Source of the DNA: an uncultured Methanoregula sp.
Lineage (GTDB): Archaea; Halobacteriota; Methanomicrobia; Methanomicrobiales; Methanospirillaceae
Direction of reading: 5' to 3'
Assembly: GCA_963677065.1 (NCBI GenBank)
Contig: OY781872.1
Span: 241,419-305,418, forward strand
Length of the DNA: 64,000 nt
The notes below the pieces were generated by a model. It was not told the origin of the DNA. It did not search any database and saw only the letters and a program-made list of their open reading frames with translations. Numbering within the stretch: the stretch's first letter is position 1; each line of letters opens with the position of its first letter. The position numbers and the translations under genes were made by a program. This document shows, one piece after another, positions 35,434-44,945 of the stretch.

Positions 35434-36909
35434 ATGAACCGACACCGCACCGTGGATCTCAGAGCCATTGCCTGGTCTGCAATGGAGAAGTACGGGTTCA
35501 AACCGGCATTTCCTCCCCAGGTTATCCGGGAAGTCGAAGCCATCGAGGAGTTCGCACCCGCGGACGAGGGAGAAGCCCTCGATCTCCGTTCCCTCCTCTG
35601 GTCCTCGATCGACAACAGCGATTCAGAAGATCTCGACCAGATCGAGTACTGCGAAGAGAACCGGGACGGCTCGATCCAGGTCTGGGTTGCCATCGCCGAT
35701 GTGGACGCCTATGTCCCCAAGAACTCGAAAGCCGACCAGTACGCAGCCCACAACGGCACCTCGGTCTACCTCGATGTCCGGACCTTTCCGCTCTTCCCCG
35801 ACCGGCTCTCGAAGGGAATCACCTCGCTGCTCCCGGGCCGTGACCACCGGGCAATCGTGATCGAGTACACGGTCCGGACCGACGGAAGCTTCGAGCCTGC
35901 CGGCGTGTACCGTGCCCTCGTGCGCAACCAGGCAAAACTCGTGTACGAGGTGGTGGGGGACTGGCTGGATGAGATCGGGAAGATCCCGGCAGGCGTCCGG
36001 AACACCCCCGGCATGGAAGAACAGGTCCGGCTCCAGGACAAAACTGCCCGCCTTCTCAAGCAGAAACGGCTGGAGCAGGGGGCGCTCGATCTCGAGACCA
36101 TAGAGCCCAGAGCGGTCATCGAAGATGGCTCGGTCCGGGAGATCGTGGTTGTAAAGAAGAACCCGGCCCGGAGCATCATCGAGGAGTTTATGGTGGCGGC
36201 AAACGGGACCATGGTGAGAGTCCTCGGGAAAGCGAATGTCTCCATGATCCAGCGGATTGTCCGGGTGCCCAAGTACTGGGACGAGATCGTGCTCACCGCT
36301 GCAAGCTATGGTGCGCACCTGCCAAAGGAACCGGATGCAAAAGCCCTCTCCGACTTCCTCTTCCGGCAGAAGGACAAGGATCCCGAACGGTTCCCCGATC
36401 TCTCGCTCACCATCATCAAACTCCTCGGGCCGGGGGAGTACCTGGCGCTCGATTCTGGTACTCCTCCCACCGGCCACTTCTCGCTTGCTGTCACCGACTA
36501 TACCCACTCGACAGCCCCCAACCGGCGGTACGTCGATCTTATCAACCAGCGGATGGTAAAAGCGGTCCTGGATCATAAGGAAAGTCCGTATTCTTCGGAC
36601 GACCTGGCCGATGAATCAGCATGGCTGACCGACCGCGAGAAAGCTTCCAAGAAAGCAGAACGGTTCATGCGAAAAGCGGCAGCAGCGGTCCTCCTGCAGA
36701 ACCGGATCGGCGATACTTTCGATGCACTCGTGACCGGCGCAACAGAGAAAGGCGTGTACATCCGCCTGCTCGATCCCCCGGCGGAAGGAAAAGTCGTCCA
36801 GAACAGCCAGGGACTGCGGGTGGGCATGAAGATCCGTGTGCGACTGCAAAAAACCGATCCTGTCCACGGGTTCATCGACTTCGAACGGGTTGGCGGGAAC
36901 GTGCGATAA
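35434..36909 (+). CDS. RNB-domain 3'-5' exoribonuclease (RNase II/R family) with a C-terminal S1 domain
   Basis: 491 aa. Catalytic blocks IDNSDSEDLDQ and HFSLAVTDYTHSTAPNRRYVDLINQR. S1-like C-terminus GDTFDALVTGATEKGVYIRL. Confidence 0.85.
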   Translation: MNRHRTVDLRAIAWSAMEKYGFKPAFPPQVIREVEAIEEFAPADEGEALDLRSLLWSSIDNSDSEDLDQIEYCEENRDGSIQVWVAIADVDAYVPKNSKADQYAAHNGTSVYLDVRTFPLFPDRLSKGITSLLPGRDHRAIVIEYTVRTDGSFEPAGVYRALVRNQAKLVYEVVGDWLDEIGKIPAGVRNTPGMEEQVRLQDKTARLLKQKRLEQGALDLETIEPRAVIEDGSVREIVVVKKNPARSIIEEFMVAANGTMVRVLGKANVSMIQRIVRVPKYWDEIVLTAASYGAHLPKEPDAKALSDFLFRQKDKDPERFPDLSLTIIKLLGPGEYLALDSGTPPTGHFSLAVTDYTHSTAPNRRYVDLINQRMVKAVLDHKESPYSSDDLADESAWLTDREKASKKAERFMRKAAAAVLLQNRIGDTFDALVTGATEKGVYIRLLDPPAEGKVVQNSQGLRVGMKIRVRLQKTDPVHGFIDFERVGGNVR

Positions 36910-37411
36910 ACCGTAGTCCGGGATCATGTATCCCGGATTTTTCCTTTTGCCCGCATTTTTTTGGAGATTACGGTTCCGTAGAGATCATACGTGTTGCATT
37001 CTCAGCAGAATTTGTGAGGTCCTCTCTCCCTTAAAGGGGGAGGCAGCCCAAGATGGCGAACCTCCGTGACCCAGATATTAAAAAACCATATGGGTTCTCG
37101 TAAGGTCGTTCTCCACGGGGAGAGACCTGGCGAGAGGGCGAGCGCCCTTGGTCCCATCCCCATCCCATTCCAACTTTTACTGGTTTTCTCAAGAGCAGAA
37201 ATTACCCCCTCCAGCTCCCAGCTTTGAAGGAATGATAGGACAGAAACGGCCTGCTGTGTAATTTTCCATACCAAACTATAAATGATACGGAGATAGATCC
37301 CCTCATACCAGGATTTTTCGGTCATTATGAATGAACGGGGCCGGAGACTGGAGGGGAGAGAGGGGCGGGGCCGGCTCTTTCCAGATTGCTTCTGATAACA
37401 AGGGGTGCAGG

Positions 37412-38035
37412 ATGGAATTTACCGCAGTTCAGATGGATGCAATGCAGGAGCTCGCCAATATCGGGGCCGCCCACGCGGCCACAACGCTCTCGCAGATGCT
37501 CGATACCCAGATCGGGATGAGCGTGCCGGAGATCAATGTCGTGGACATCTCCCAGGTGGGTGAGTTCCTCACCGATGAACTGACCACCCTCGTTGTCTTC
37601 GAGCTCCAGGGCGACATTCCCCACGGGGGATTTTTAATTTTGCATCTCCCCCGGGATTCCGCCCTCAGGACCGCAAATATCATGCAGGGCAGCGAGCAGA
37701 CCGAACACCCGTTCGGCGAGATGGACAAGAGCGCCATCCTCGAAGTCGGGAACATCATGGTCTCCTCCTTCTTAAGCGCCACCTCCGACCTGCTCGGGTT
37801 CATCATGCTCCCCTCCCCCCCCGCTCTTGTTTTCGACATGGCCCATGCTGCGATCACCTCCCTCATCGCCCAGATGACCGTTGAAGTGGACGACGTGATC
37901 CTTTTCAGGGTCAAGCTCACTTCGGAGGAGCACAATATCGCCGGCAATATCCTCATCTTCCTGGAAGTCTCCACGCTCGACAAAGTTGCAGCGCGGCTGG
38001 AAGAACTGACAAAACAGACGCCGTCCTCAGCGTAA
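37412..38035 (+). CDS. cheC: CheC-family CheY-P phosphatase-like protein
   Basis: The ATG at 37412 gives 207 aa. Duplicated CheC motifs DAMQELANIGAAHAATTLS and SAILEVGNIMVSSFLSA. Confidence 0.8.
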   Translation: MEFTAVQMDAMQELANIGAAHAATTLSQMLDTQIGMSVPEINVVDISQVGEFLTDELTTLVVFELQGDIPHGGFLILHLPRDSALRTANIMQGSEQTEHPFGEMDKSAILEVGNIMVSSFLSATSDLLGFIMLPSPPALVFDMAHAAITSLIAQMTVEVDDVILFRVKLTSEEHNIAGNILIFLEVSTLDKVAARLEELTKQTPSSA

Positions 38036-38043
38036 GAACCGGT

Positions 38044-38091
38044 CGCCCGGGAGACAGCAGGGCCCGGGCGTGAGCCCGTAATGTTTTTTTT
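38044..38091 (+). terminator. 8-bp GC hairpin followed by T8, after cheC
   Basis: CGCCCGGG-N11-CCCGGGCG, then TTTTTTTT at 38084-38091. Confidence 0.5.
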
Positions 38092-38302
38092 ATCGTAGTT
38101 ATCTCCGGGTGAATACGCAGACAACTAAAAACGCAGGCCGGGTTTATCGGGTTCTCATTCGTGAAACGTGGACCGGTCATGGTACGGGTCATGGTAGTGA
38201 TCAGGGTGCCGGTCTATGCACTCAGGCAGGTTGCCCGGTTCATCCACCTTCACCCTGCACCCCCACATCCATAAAACCCACAAGCGCCAATACTGGGTAC
38301 CA

Positions 38303-40309
38303 ATGGAGAGCATCGATACCTACTTCCCGTACAGCGGATACCGGCCGGGCCAGCGCCACATGCTTGAAGTCGCGGCGCAGGTGGCAAAAGAAGGCGGCAT
38401 CGCGATGATCGATGCCCCGACCGGCAGCGGGAAATCGAGTGTCATTGCATCTCTCCTTGCCGAGCGGAACAAACGAAAGATCGTAGTCGCGGTCCGGACC
38501 GTGAGCCAGCTCGCAACCTTCATCCGCGAACTTGAACTCGTGCGGAAGAAGAGACCGGACATAAAGAGCGTGTACCTGGTAGGGAAAGGAAGCATGTGCC
38601 CGCTCGGGGGCGAAGGCGATATATACCGCAGGTGCGAAGGGGTCAAAAAATTCTCAAACGCCCTCATGCGGGACCGGGCCGACAAAGGCGCCCTCACGCC
38701 GTCAAAAGATCCGTTCATCATCCAGCAGATCCGCATGATGGACAAGGAGCACCCGCTCCTCTGCCCCTATTATATTGCAAGCAAGATGTTCGTTCCCGCC
38801 GAGAGCATGGGAGTCAAGATGGTGCCGTCAACTGCATTGCGCACCAAAGCCGACCGGGTGATCGCAAACCCGGTTCCTCCCCGGGAACTCGCGGAGTTCT
38901 GTGCCGAGATCTGCCCCTACGAGCTGATGATGCAGGCGGCAAAGAACACGGACATCGTGATCCTCAACTACTACCACCTCTTCGACCGGGAGATCCGCGA
39001 ACAACTGTACGCGAATCTCGGGGTGGAGCCGCAGGACGTTCTTCTCCTCATCGACGAGGCCCACAACTGCGGGGATGTTATCACCGCAATCGAGAGCGTC
39101 TCCCTGGAGCAGCGCGATCTCGAACAGGCGGCCCGGGAACTCTCCGGCCTGCGCAAGCGCCACAAAGGGGCGGAAGCCGTCCACCATGTCCTTCCCCGGC
39201 TCACCGAATTCATGAAAGGCCTTGAAAATTCCATCGAGGCAGAGGACTGGTTCGATCCCGCCATCTTCGACCGGATGGTTGTCCGCGAATCGCTGTACAA
39301 GGACATGGACGAGATCGTCGACGACCTGATCGGGATCTCCGAAGTGATCCGGGAGAACAGCCAGAAGACCGGGCAGTTCCGGGAGACCGCGATCGAACGG
39401 CTGACCGAGTTCCTCTTCCGGCTTTCCCAGTCCTCCACCGACCCGGCCTTCCTGACCGTGTACAGGAAAGATGAAGCAGGCATAACTCTCGAAGTCCGCA
39501 ACATCGACCCGGCAGCGCCCTTAAGTGAGGTCTGCGGGATGCACGCCTGCTGCATCCTCATATCGGGGACCCTCTCGCCGGTCGAGAGCTTCCGCCGCTA
39601 CTACTTCGGCAATGCCCCCGTGACAACGCTTGCCCTGCCCAATGCATTCCCGAGAGAGAACCGGCTCGTGGCCTGTGCAAACGATATCACGACCGCTTAC
39701 TCGATGCGGCAGAATGCGGAGAACACGACCAAGATCACCGATTATATCCGGGCATTCTCCTCCCTCAAAGGGAACCGGGCAATCTATTTTCCCAGTTACC
39801 AGATCCTTGAATCGTACGCAAACCTTGCCGCTCCGCACATACGGGGAAGGAAAGTCTTCATCGAACCCCGGGATTCAGCAGAGGCCGGCGCAGCGCTCAA
39901 AGAATTTCTCTCGCTCCCGATGCGGGGGGATTCGGGAGTCATGTTTGCGGTCTGCGGCGGCAAGTGGAGCGAGGGGCTCGATTACCGGGGCGAGATGCTG
40001 AACGGGGCAATGGTGGTCGGCCTTCCCCTTGCGCCCTTCAACCGGGTGCGCAGGATGATGATCGAATATTACCGGCACAAGTTCGGCAACGAGGGCGAGT
40101 TCATCTGCTACACGCTGCCGGCCATCAACCGGTCCCTCCAGGCGCTCGGCCGGGTGCTCAGGACGCCCGAGGATCGCGGCGTTTTGGTCCTTGCCGAGAA
40201 GCGGTTCCTGGAGAACCGCGTGAAAGGGGCACTGCCCGGCTGGATGCAGGAAGAGATGATCGGATGCGATGTGAAAAAATTCCGCGAGGTGATCGGATCC
40301 TGGAAATGA
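38303..40309 (+). CDS. xpd: XPD/Rad3-family ATP-dependent 5'-3' DNA helicase with a 4-Cys Fe-S domain
   Basis: The ATG at 38303 gives 668 aa. Walker A DAPTGSGKS and DEAH box LLIDEAHN. Four spaced cysteines lie between them: CPLGG, RRCEG, LLCPYY, EICPYE. Confidence 0.9.
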   Translation: MESIDTYFPYSGYRPGQRHMLEVAAQVAKEGGIAMIDAPTGSGKSSVIASLLAERNKRKIVVAVRTVSQLATFIRELELVRKKRPDIKSVYLVGKGSMCPLGGEGDIYRRCEGVKKFSNALMRDRADKGALTPSKDPFIIQQIRMMDKEHPLLCPYYIASKMFVPAESMGVKMVPSTALRTKADRVIANPVPPRELAEFCAEICPYELMMQAAKNTDIVILNYYHLFDREIREQLYANLGVEPQDVLLLIDEAHNCGDVITAIESVSLEQRDLEQAARELSGLRKRHKGAEAVHHVLPRLTEFMKGLENSIEAEDWFDPAIFDRMVVRESLYKDMDEIVDDLIGISEVIRENSQKTGQFRETAIERLTEFLFRLSQSSTDPAFLTVYRKDEAGITLEVRNIDPAAPLSEVCGMHACCILISGTLSPVESFRRYYFGNAPVTTLALPNAFPRENRLVACANDITTAYSMRQNAENTTKITDYIRAFSSLKGNRAIYFPSYQILESYANLAAPHIRGRKVFIEPRDSAEAGAALKEFLSLPMRGDSGVMFAVCGGKWSEGLDYRGEMLNGAMVVGLPLAPFNRVRRMMIEYYRHKFGNEGEFICYTLPAINRSLQALGRVLRTPEDRGVLVLAEKRFLENRVKGALPGWMQEEMIGCDVKKFREVIGSWK

Positions 40310-40761
40310 TGAGCGGGTCCTGCCGGCTCGGGCTCTGGCATGTCCAGGTCCGCTGGTGCGGGGATACCATCCACCAGGTAAGGTTTGCCCGCGAAGGTAT
40401 ACCGGGTACGGTTCCCGAACCGATCCGGCAGTACTGCGCCGGACAGCCGGTCGACCTGACCACGCTCGACACCATCCCGCTTCACGATACCGGGACGTAC
40501 AGCCGGATCTACCGGGAGGTCCGGAAGGTTCCCTATGGCCGGACGGCAAGCTATGGCGAGATCGCACATCTTGTCGGGACCGGCCCCCGCGTGGTCGGGC
40601 AGGCCATGGCCCGCAACATAACCCCGCTCGTCATCCCCTGCCACCGGATCACCGCCGCAAAGGGCATCGGGGGATTCTCGCCATCGATCGAGATCAAGGA
40701 AGCCCTCCTGGCCCTGGAACAGAAAGGGCTTCATAAAATACTATTGCGCAAAAAGATCTAA
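40306..40761 (+). CDS. ogt: O6-alkylguanine-DNA alkyltransferase (Ogt/MGMT)
   Basis: 151 aa with an ATGA overlap with the xpd stop. Active site IPCHRI, and YGEIA in the DNA-binding region. Confidence 0.85.
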   Translation: MMSGSCRLGLWHVQVRWCGDTIHQVRFAREGIPGTVPEPIRQYCAGQPVDLTTLDTIPLHDTGTYSRIYREVRKVPYGRTASYGEIAHLVGTGPRVVGQAMARNITPLVIPCHRITAAKGIGGFSPSIEIKEALLALEQKGLHKILLRKKI

Positions 40762-40844
40762 GAATCAGGCAGGGAAATCCTGACACGAAGGATATCTCCA
40801 GAACAGGCAGATTCCTTATAAGAGACGTATCGGCAGGTGAGCAG

Positions 40845-41459
40845 GTGAGATCGGCAATTATTCTCGTTGGAGGCGAGGCCCGGCGTGCCAATGGACAGGA
40901 GAAGTACTTCTTCGTGTACGAGGGAAAGACGTTCATCCGGCGCCTGATCGATTCGCTCAGTTCGGTCGTGGACGAGATCATCCTGGTTGCCCGCGATCCG
41001 GATCAGTGCCAGAGGTTCCACGGGATCAGTGGCGTGCGATGCATAACCGATATCCGCACCGGGATCGGCCCCATCGGGGGTCTCCATGCCGGTGCCCTTG
41101 CAGCCAGGGGCGATTACCTGTTCGTCTCAGCCTGCGACATGCCCTGCATCGATAACAAAGTTGTCGAGTATCTCTTCCTGGAACTTGGCTCCTCGGATGC
41201 GGCAATTCCCAGCTGGAACTTCGATATGATCGAGCCCCTCCACGCAGTATACCGCCGGGCCGTGCTTCTGGATTACTTGAAAAACCACGAATCGCTCTCC
41301 CTGCGCCCGATGATCCGCAGCATCAATACCCGGTACGTTCCCGTTGAGGCAATCAGGCAGTTCGACCCGGAACTCCGCACATTCACCAACATCAACAAGC
41401 TTGAGGATCTTGAACAGATCAACGGCAGTACCGGAAAAGGGAACGATGTTGTGGAATGA
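40845..41459 (+). CDS. mobA: molybdenum cofactor guanylyltransferase
   Basis: 204 aa with a GTG start. Sequence AIILVGGEARRANG...GPIGGLHAGL...SACDMPCI. Confidence 0.85.
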   Translation: MRSAIILVGGEARRANGQEKYFFVYEGKTFIRRLIDSLSSVVDEIILVARDPDQCQRFHGISGVRCITDIRTGIGPIGGLHAGALAARGDYLFVSACDMPCIDNKVVEYLFLELGSSDAAIPSWNFDMIEPLHAVYRRAVLLDYLKNHESLSLRPMIRSINTRYVPVEAIRQFDPELRTFTNINKLEDLEQINGSTGKGNDVVE

Positions 41460-41572
41460 CCGGGTAAGTCACTCTTTTTCTCATCCGGGGTTACAAAAAT
41501 ATATGTGATGAACTCCCGAGTATACATAATGGCCCGGCCGTACCGGCGCATTTCCTGCAGGCTGCAGAACGG

Positions 41573-42424
41573 GTGATTCAGACCGTGAGAAGCGAAAACG
41601 ACGAGGCCCTGCGTTTTTTTATCATCGCCGCCGCATCCATCGGGGCTGTTGTCAGCACGGTTTTTTCCTTAACCCACGGGATCTTTGAGGTCTTCCCGTT
41701 TCTGTATATCCTCCCCATCATCCTTGTTGTGTACTTTTACCCGGATCGCGGCGTGGTCTTCTCCCTGGGTATCAGCCTGATGTATATCTGCCTTGTCTAT
41801 CTTTTCGGATACAGCAACCCGGGACATATCGCCATTGCCACGGCATGGTTTGCCATTTTTATCATCATCGGCGTTGTCGTCTCGTCCTACGCCACCAAGC
41901 TCCAGCAGGAGAAGGCACGGATCCACCAGATCCTGAATAACTCCCAGGACGGGATCTTCTGTTTCGACATCAGAACGGAACAGATGCTGGAGATCAATGC
42001 CAAATGCGCCCAGTGGCTCCGCTACGAAAGGGAAGAACTGCGCGGGACAAGCCTTGCAATGATCTGGTCGGATACAGGGGAGCGCGAAGGATTTATTGCG
42101 AGGGTGAAAAAAGATCCGTGGAACACCGAGACAGAGGGAATGTTCCGGGCAAAAGACGGGACCATGCTCAGGTTTGTCATCTCTGCGGTCCTTGTCCTGC
42201 CGGACAGGATACTCTGTTCAGCCATTGATATCACCGGCAGCAAGATCGTGGACGAGGAGATACGAAAGACACTCGAAGACCTGGAGGAACAGGTGCGGGC
42301 CCGCACGGCCCATCTCGAGGAACTCAACGAGAAACTCCGGGCCGAGATCCTTGAGCGCAGGCAGTTCGAACAGAAGATGCTGGCCGAGACCATGAGAGCA
42401 GCCCGCGATGAGGACGAGATCTGA
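41573..42424 (+). CDS. membrane-PAS sensor lacking a kinase core (paralog of the next gene)
   Basis: 283 aa with a GTG start. The membrane module SLTHGIFEVFPFLYILPIIL, a PAS domain and a coiled coil are colinear with residues 1 to about 280 of 42424-43887. The protein stops just before where the H-box would be. Confidence 0.7.
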   Translation: MIQTVRSENDEALRFFIIAAASIGAVVSTVFSLTHGIFEVFPFLYILPIILVVYFYPDRGVVFSLGISLMYICLVYLFGYSNPGHIAIATAWFAIFIIIGVVVSSYATKLQQEKARIHQILNNSQDGIFCFDIRTEQMLEINAKCAQWLRYEREELRGTSLAMIWSDTGEREGFIARVKKDPWNTETEGMFRAKDGTMLRFVISAVLVLPDRILCSAIDITGSKIVDEEIRKTLEDLEEQVRARTAHLEELNEKLRAEILERRQFEQKMLAETMRAARDEDEI

Positions 42425-43887
42425 TGACCGCATCCCCGTCCGTACAGCGCCAGGCATTCTGGGCGGTCGTCATTCTTGCAGTAACCATCTTTGCCATTTA
42501 CTCGACCATCTTCTCCTTAACCCACGGCATCTACGAGGTGTACCCGTTCCTCTATTTCCTGCCCATCATCCTCTTTGTCTACCAGTATCCGCGCTGGGGA
42601 GTTCTCTTCTCCCTCTTCATGAGCTCCATCTACCTGCTCTTTGTCTATTACTTCAGCGGGTTTGACCCGGCTTATATTGCCGTCTCAACTGCCTGGTTTG
42701 TCATCTTTGTCACAATCGGCGTTGTCACCTCCTCGTTTGCCGAAGGGCTCAAGGCGGAAGAGAGAAAATACCGGGGAATCTTCGAGAACTCGCAGGCAGG
42801 TATCTTTACGGTTGACCTGACAACCGGAAGGATCCGCGAGCTCAATCTCAAGTGCGCAAGGATGCTCAAGTACACGCGGGAGGAACTCATTGACAAGGAC
42901 CTGTCCGTGATCCTCCCGGGGGTATATGACCGGGATACCTTCCTGCACGATATCAGACTCAATGAAAAGTCCGGCGATGTCGAGCTCCGGTTCCAGACCC
43001 GGGATGCTGCAGTCCGCCATTTTCTCATCTCTGCATCCCTCTCGCCCGACAATCTCGTGATCTGCTCGGCTATCGACATCACCGAACGCAAGCTGGCCGA
43101 GCGGGTGATCCAGAAAGCAAAAGACGATCTCGAACAGCGGGTGCGGGAGAGGACGGACGAACTGCTCAGGGCAAACGATGCCCTCAAGGCCGAGATCCAG
43201 GAGAGAGAGCGGTTCGAGGCTGCAATAAAACTCACCAACCGGAAGCTGAATACCCTCTCCTCGATAACCCGGCACGATATCCTCAACCAGATCAGCGCCA
43301 TCGTCATGTACCTCTCGCTTGCAGAGGAGACCTCGACCGAGCCGGTGGTGATCGATCATCTCAAGAAGATCGAACAGCTCACCGAACTGATCCAGGCCCA
43401 GATCCGGTTCACCCGGGATTACCAGAGTATCGGGGCCAATGCCCCCATCTGGCAGCTCGTGGCAGCAACGGTCAGGAGCGCCATCCAGAATCTCAACATG
43501 GGCACGATCCGGGTGGAGAACCTGCTCGGCAGCCTGGAGATCTATGCCGATTACCTGCTCGAGAAAGTTTTCTTCAACCTGGTCGACAATTCCCTCCGCC
43601 ATGGCGGGAACGTCTCGGTCTGCCGGTTCCTGTACCGGAAGGATCCGGGCGGGGTAACCATCCTGTACGAAGACGATGGTATCGGGGTGCCGGCCGGCGC
43701 CAAGGACAAGATCTTCAAACGGGAATATTACCGGAATACCGGGTACGGCATGTTCCTTGCCCACGAGATCCTCAGCATCACCAATCTTTCGATAAAAGAG
43801 ACGGGGGATCCCGGGCATGGGGTCCGGTTCGAGATCTTTGTCCCTGAAGGGACATACCGTTTCACAGACGGCAGCGAAGTAACGTAA
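42424..43887 (+). CDS. membrane-PAS sensor histidine kinase
   Basis: 487 aa. The ATG shares its A with the upstream TGA. H-box ITRHDILNQ, N-box NLVDNSLRHG and G-box DDGIGVP...GYGMFLA. Confidence 0.85.
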   Translation: MTASPSVQRQAFWAVVILAVTIFAIYSTIFSLTHGIYEVYPFLYFLPIILFVYQYPRWGVLFSLFMSSIYLLFVYYFSGFDPAYIAVSTAWFVIFVTIGVVTSSFAEGLKAEERKYRGIFENSQAGIFTVDLTTGRIRELNLKCARMLKYTREELIDKDLSVILPGVYDRDTFLHDIRLNEKSGDVELRFQTRDAAVRHFLISASLSPDNLVICSAIDITERKLAERVIQKAKDDLEQRVRERTDELLRANDALKAEIQERERFEAAIKLTNRKLNTLSSITRHDILNQISAIVMYLSLAEETSTEPVVIDHLKKIEQLTELIQAQIRFTRDYQSIGANAPIWQLVAATVRSAIQNLNMGTIRVENLLGSLEIYADYLLEKVFFNLVDNSLRHGGNVSVCRFLYRKDPGGVTILYEDDGIGVPAGAKDKIFKREYYRNTGYGMFLAHEILSITNLSIKETGDPGHGVRFEIFVPEGTYRFTDGSEVT

Positions 43888-44180
43888 AACGAGTGTTAAG
43901 AATTTTGTTCCGCCGGTTTTTCATTCCCGGCTCCTCTATTTTCGAGGGGGACTCCATCCGCCGGCAATGATGGGATCGGCCAACCGGTTAACGACCACCT
44001 CACGGGGCACGGAAACCGGTTATCAGATTGTGTCCGGTTCCTGAAAGTGCCGGGGGGGCGCCAGTCCGGGGCGGCGCTGCTTATCGCAACATGAGAGTAT
44101 AGGGGGGGCAACCCTATTCGTGGATCTGATACGGGCGGACCGTATGCAAAACAAATAGCGATCCGTACCAGATATCCAGG

Positions 44181-44945
44181 TCAGAGATTCTTTTTCCGGC
44201 CGCTCGCATCCCGCATGTAGTGCCCGAACTCGCTCTTCTGCAGGACATCCCCCGAGAAGACCGGGCCGTCCCTGCAGACCCGGAGACCGGAAGAGTCCGT
44301 GCAGCACGACCCGCAGACCCCGACGCCGCACTTCATGTACCGGTGAAGGGAAAATTCCGTTTTATGGGCAAGGCCTTTCTCGCTGACTTTTGCAAGAACC
44401 GCCCGCATCATGATCTCGGGCCCGCAGACCGCAAGCCGGTCGTAGGCGGCAAGGTTCAGGTCGTCCATGAGAGTAGTTACAAATCCGTGGTGCCCGAGCG
44501 AGCCGTCATCCGTTGCAATGATCACATCGGTGCACTCGTCCAGCTGATCGAGGAAGAGAAGTTCGGTCTCGCTCCGTGCGCCAAGGAGAAGCGTCATCAC
44601 GCAGTCCGACCGGGCGAGCGGCAGGAGCGGGGCGGCGCCAACGCCTCCCGCGATGGCAAGCACCCGCTCTCCTTTGGTAAAACCATTGCCGAACGGGCCG
44701 CGGATACCGAGCCTGCTCCCGGGCTCAAGATTGAACAGGGCATTCGTTGCATCGCCCACGTTCTGGACCGTGATGCTGTTCTCGGAAGAGAGCGCCATGG
44801 GGATCTCGTCCACACCCGGTACCCAGACCATCACGAACTGCCCGGGGGCGAACGCAAAGGAGGTATCGAATACAAAAGTCCGGATCAGCGGCGTCTCCTT
44901 CTTTATCCGGAGGATGCTGACCGGAACCGGCAGACCCTCACCCAT
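44181..44945 (-). CDS. pyrK: dihydroorotate dehydrogenase (class 1B) electron-transfer subunit
   Basis: The ATG at 44945 overlaps the pyrD stop by 8 nt. The ORF extends to 44990. It has an FAD/NAD-binding fold and the C-terminal 2Fe-2S motif CGVGVCGSCC. Confidence 0.85.
   Translation of the reverse strand: MGEGLPVPVSILRIKKETPLIRTFVFDTSFAFAPGQFVMVWVPGVDEIPMALSSENSITVQNVGDATNALFNLEPGSRLGIRGPFGNGFTKGERVLAIAGGVGAAPLLPLARSDCVMTLLLGARSETELLFLDQLDECTDVIIATDDGSLGHHGFVTTLMDDLNLAAYDRLAVCGPEIMMRAVLAKVSEKGLAHKTEFSLHRYMKCGVGVCGSCCTDSSGLRVCRDGPVFSGDVLQKSEFGHYMRDASGRKKNL

Noticed and set aside
37002-37325. 107-aa ORF on the minus strand
   Set aside because: W- and L-rich with no start context and no motif. 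It lies in an AT/GC-mosaic spacer. Not supported.
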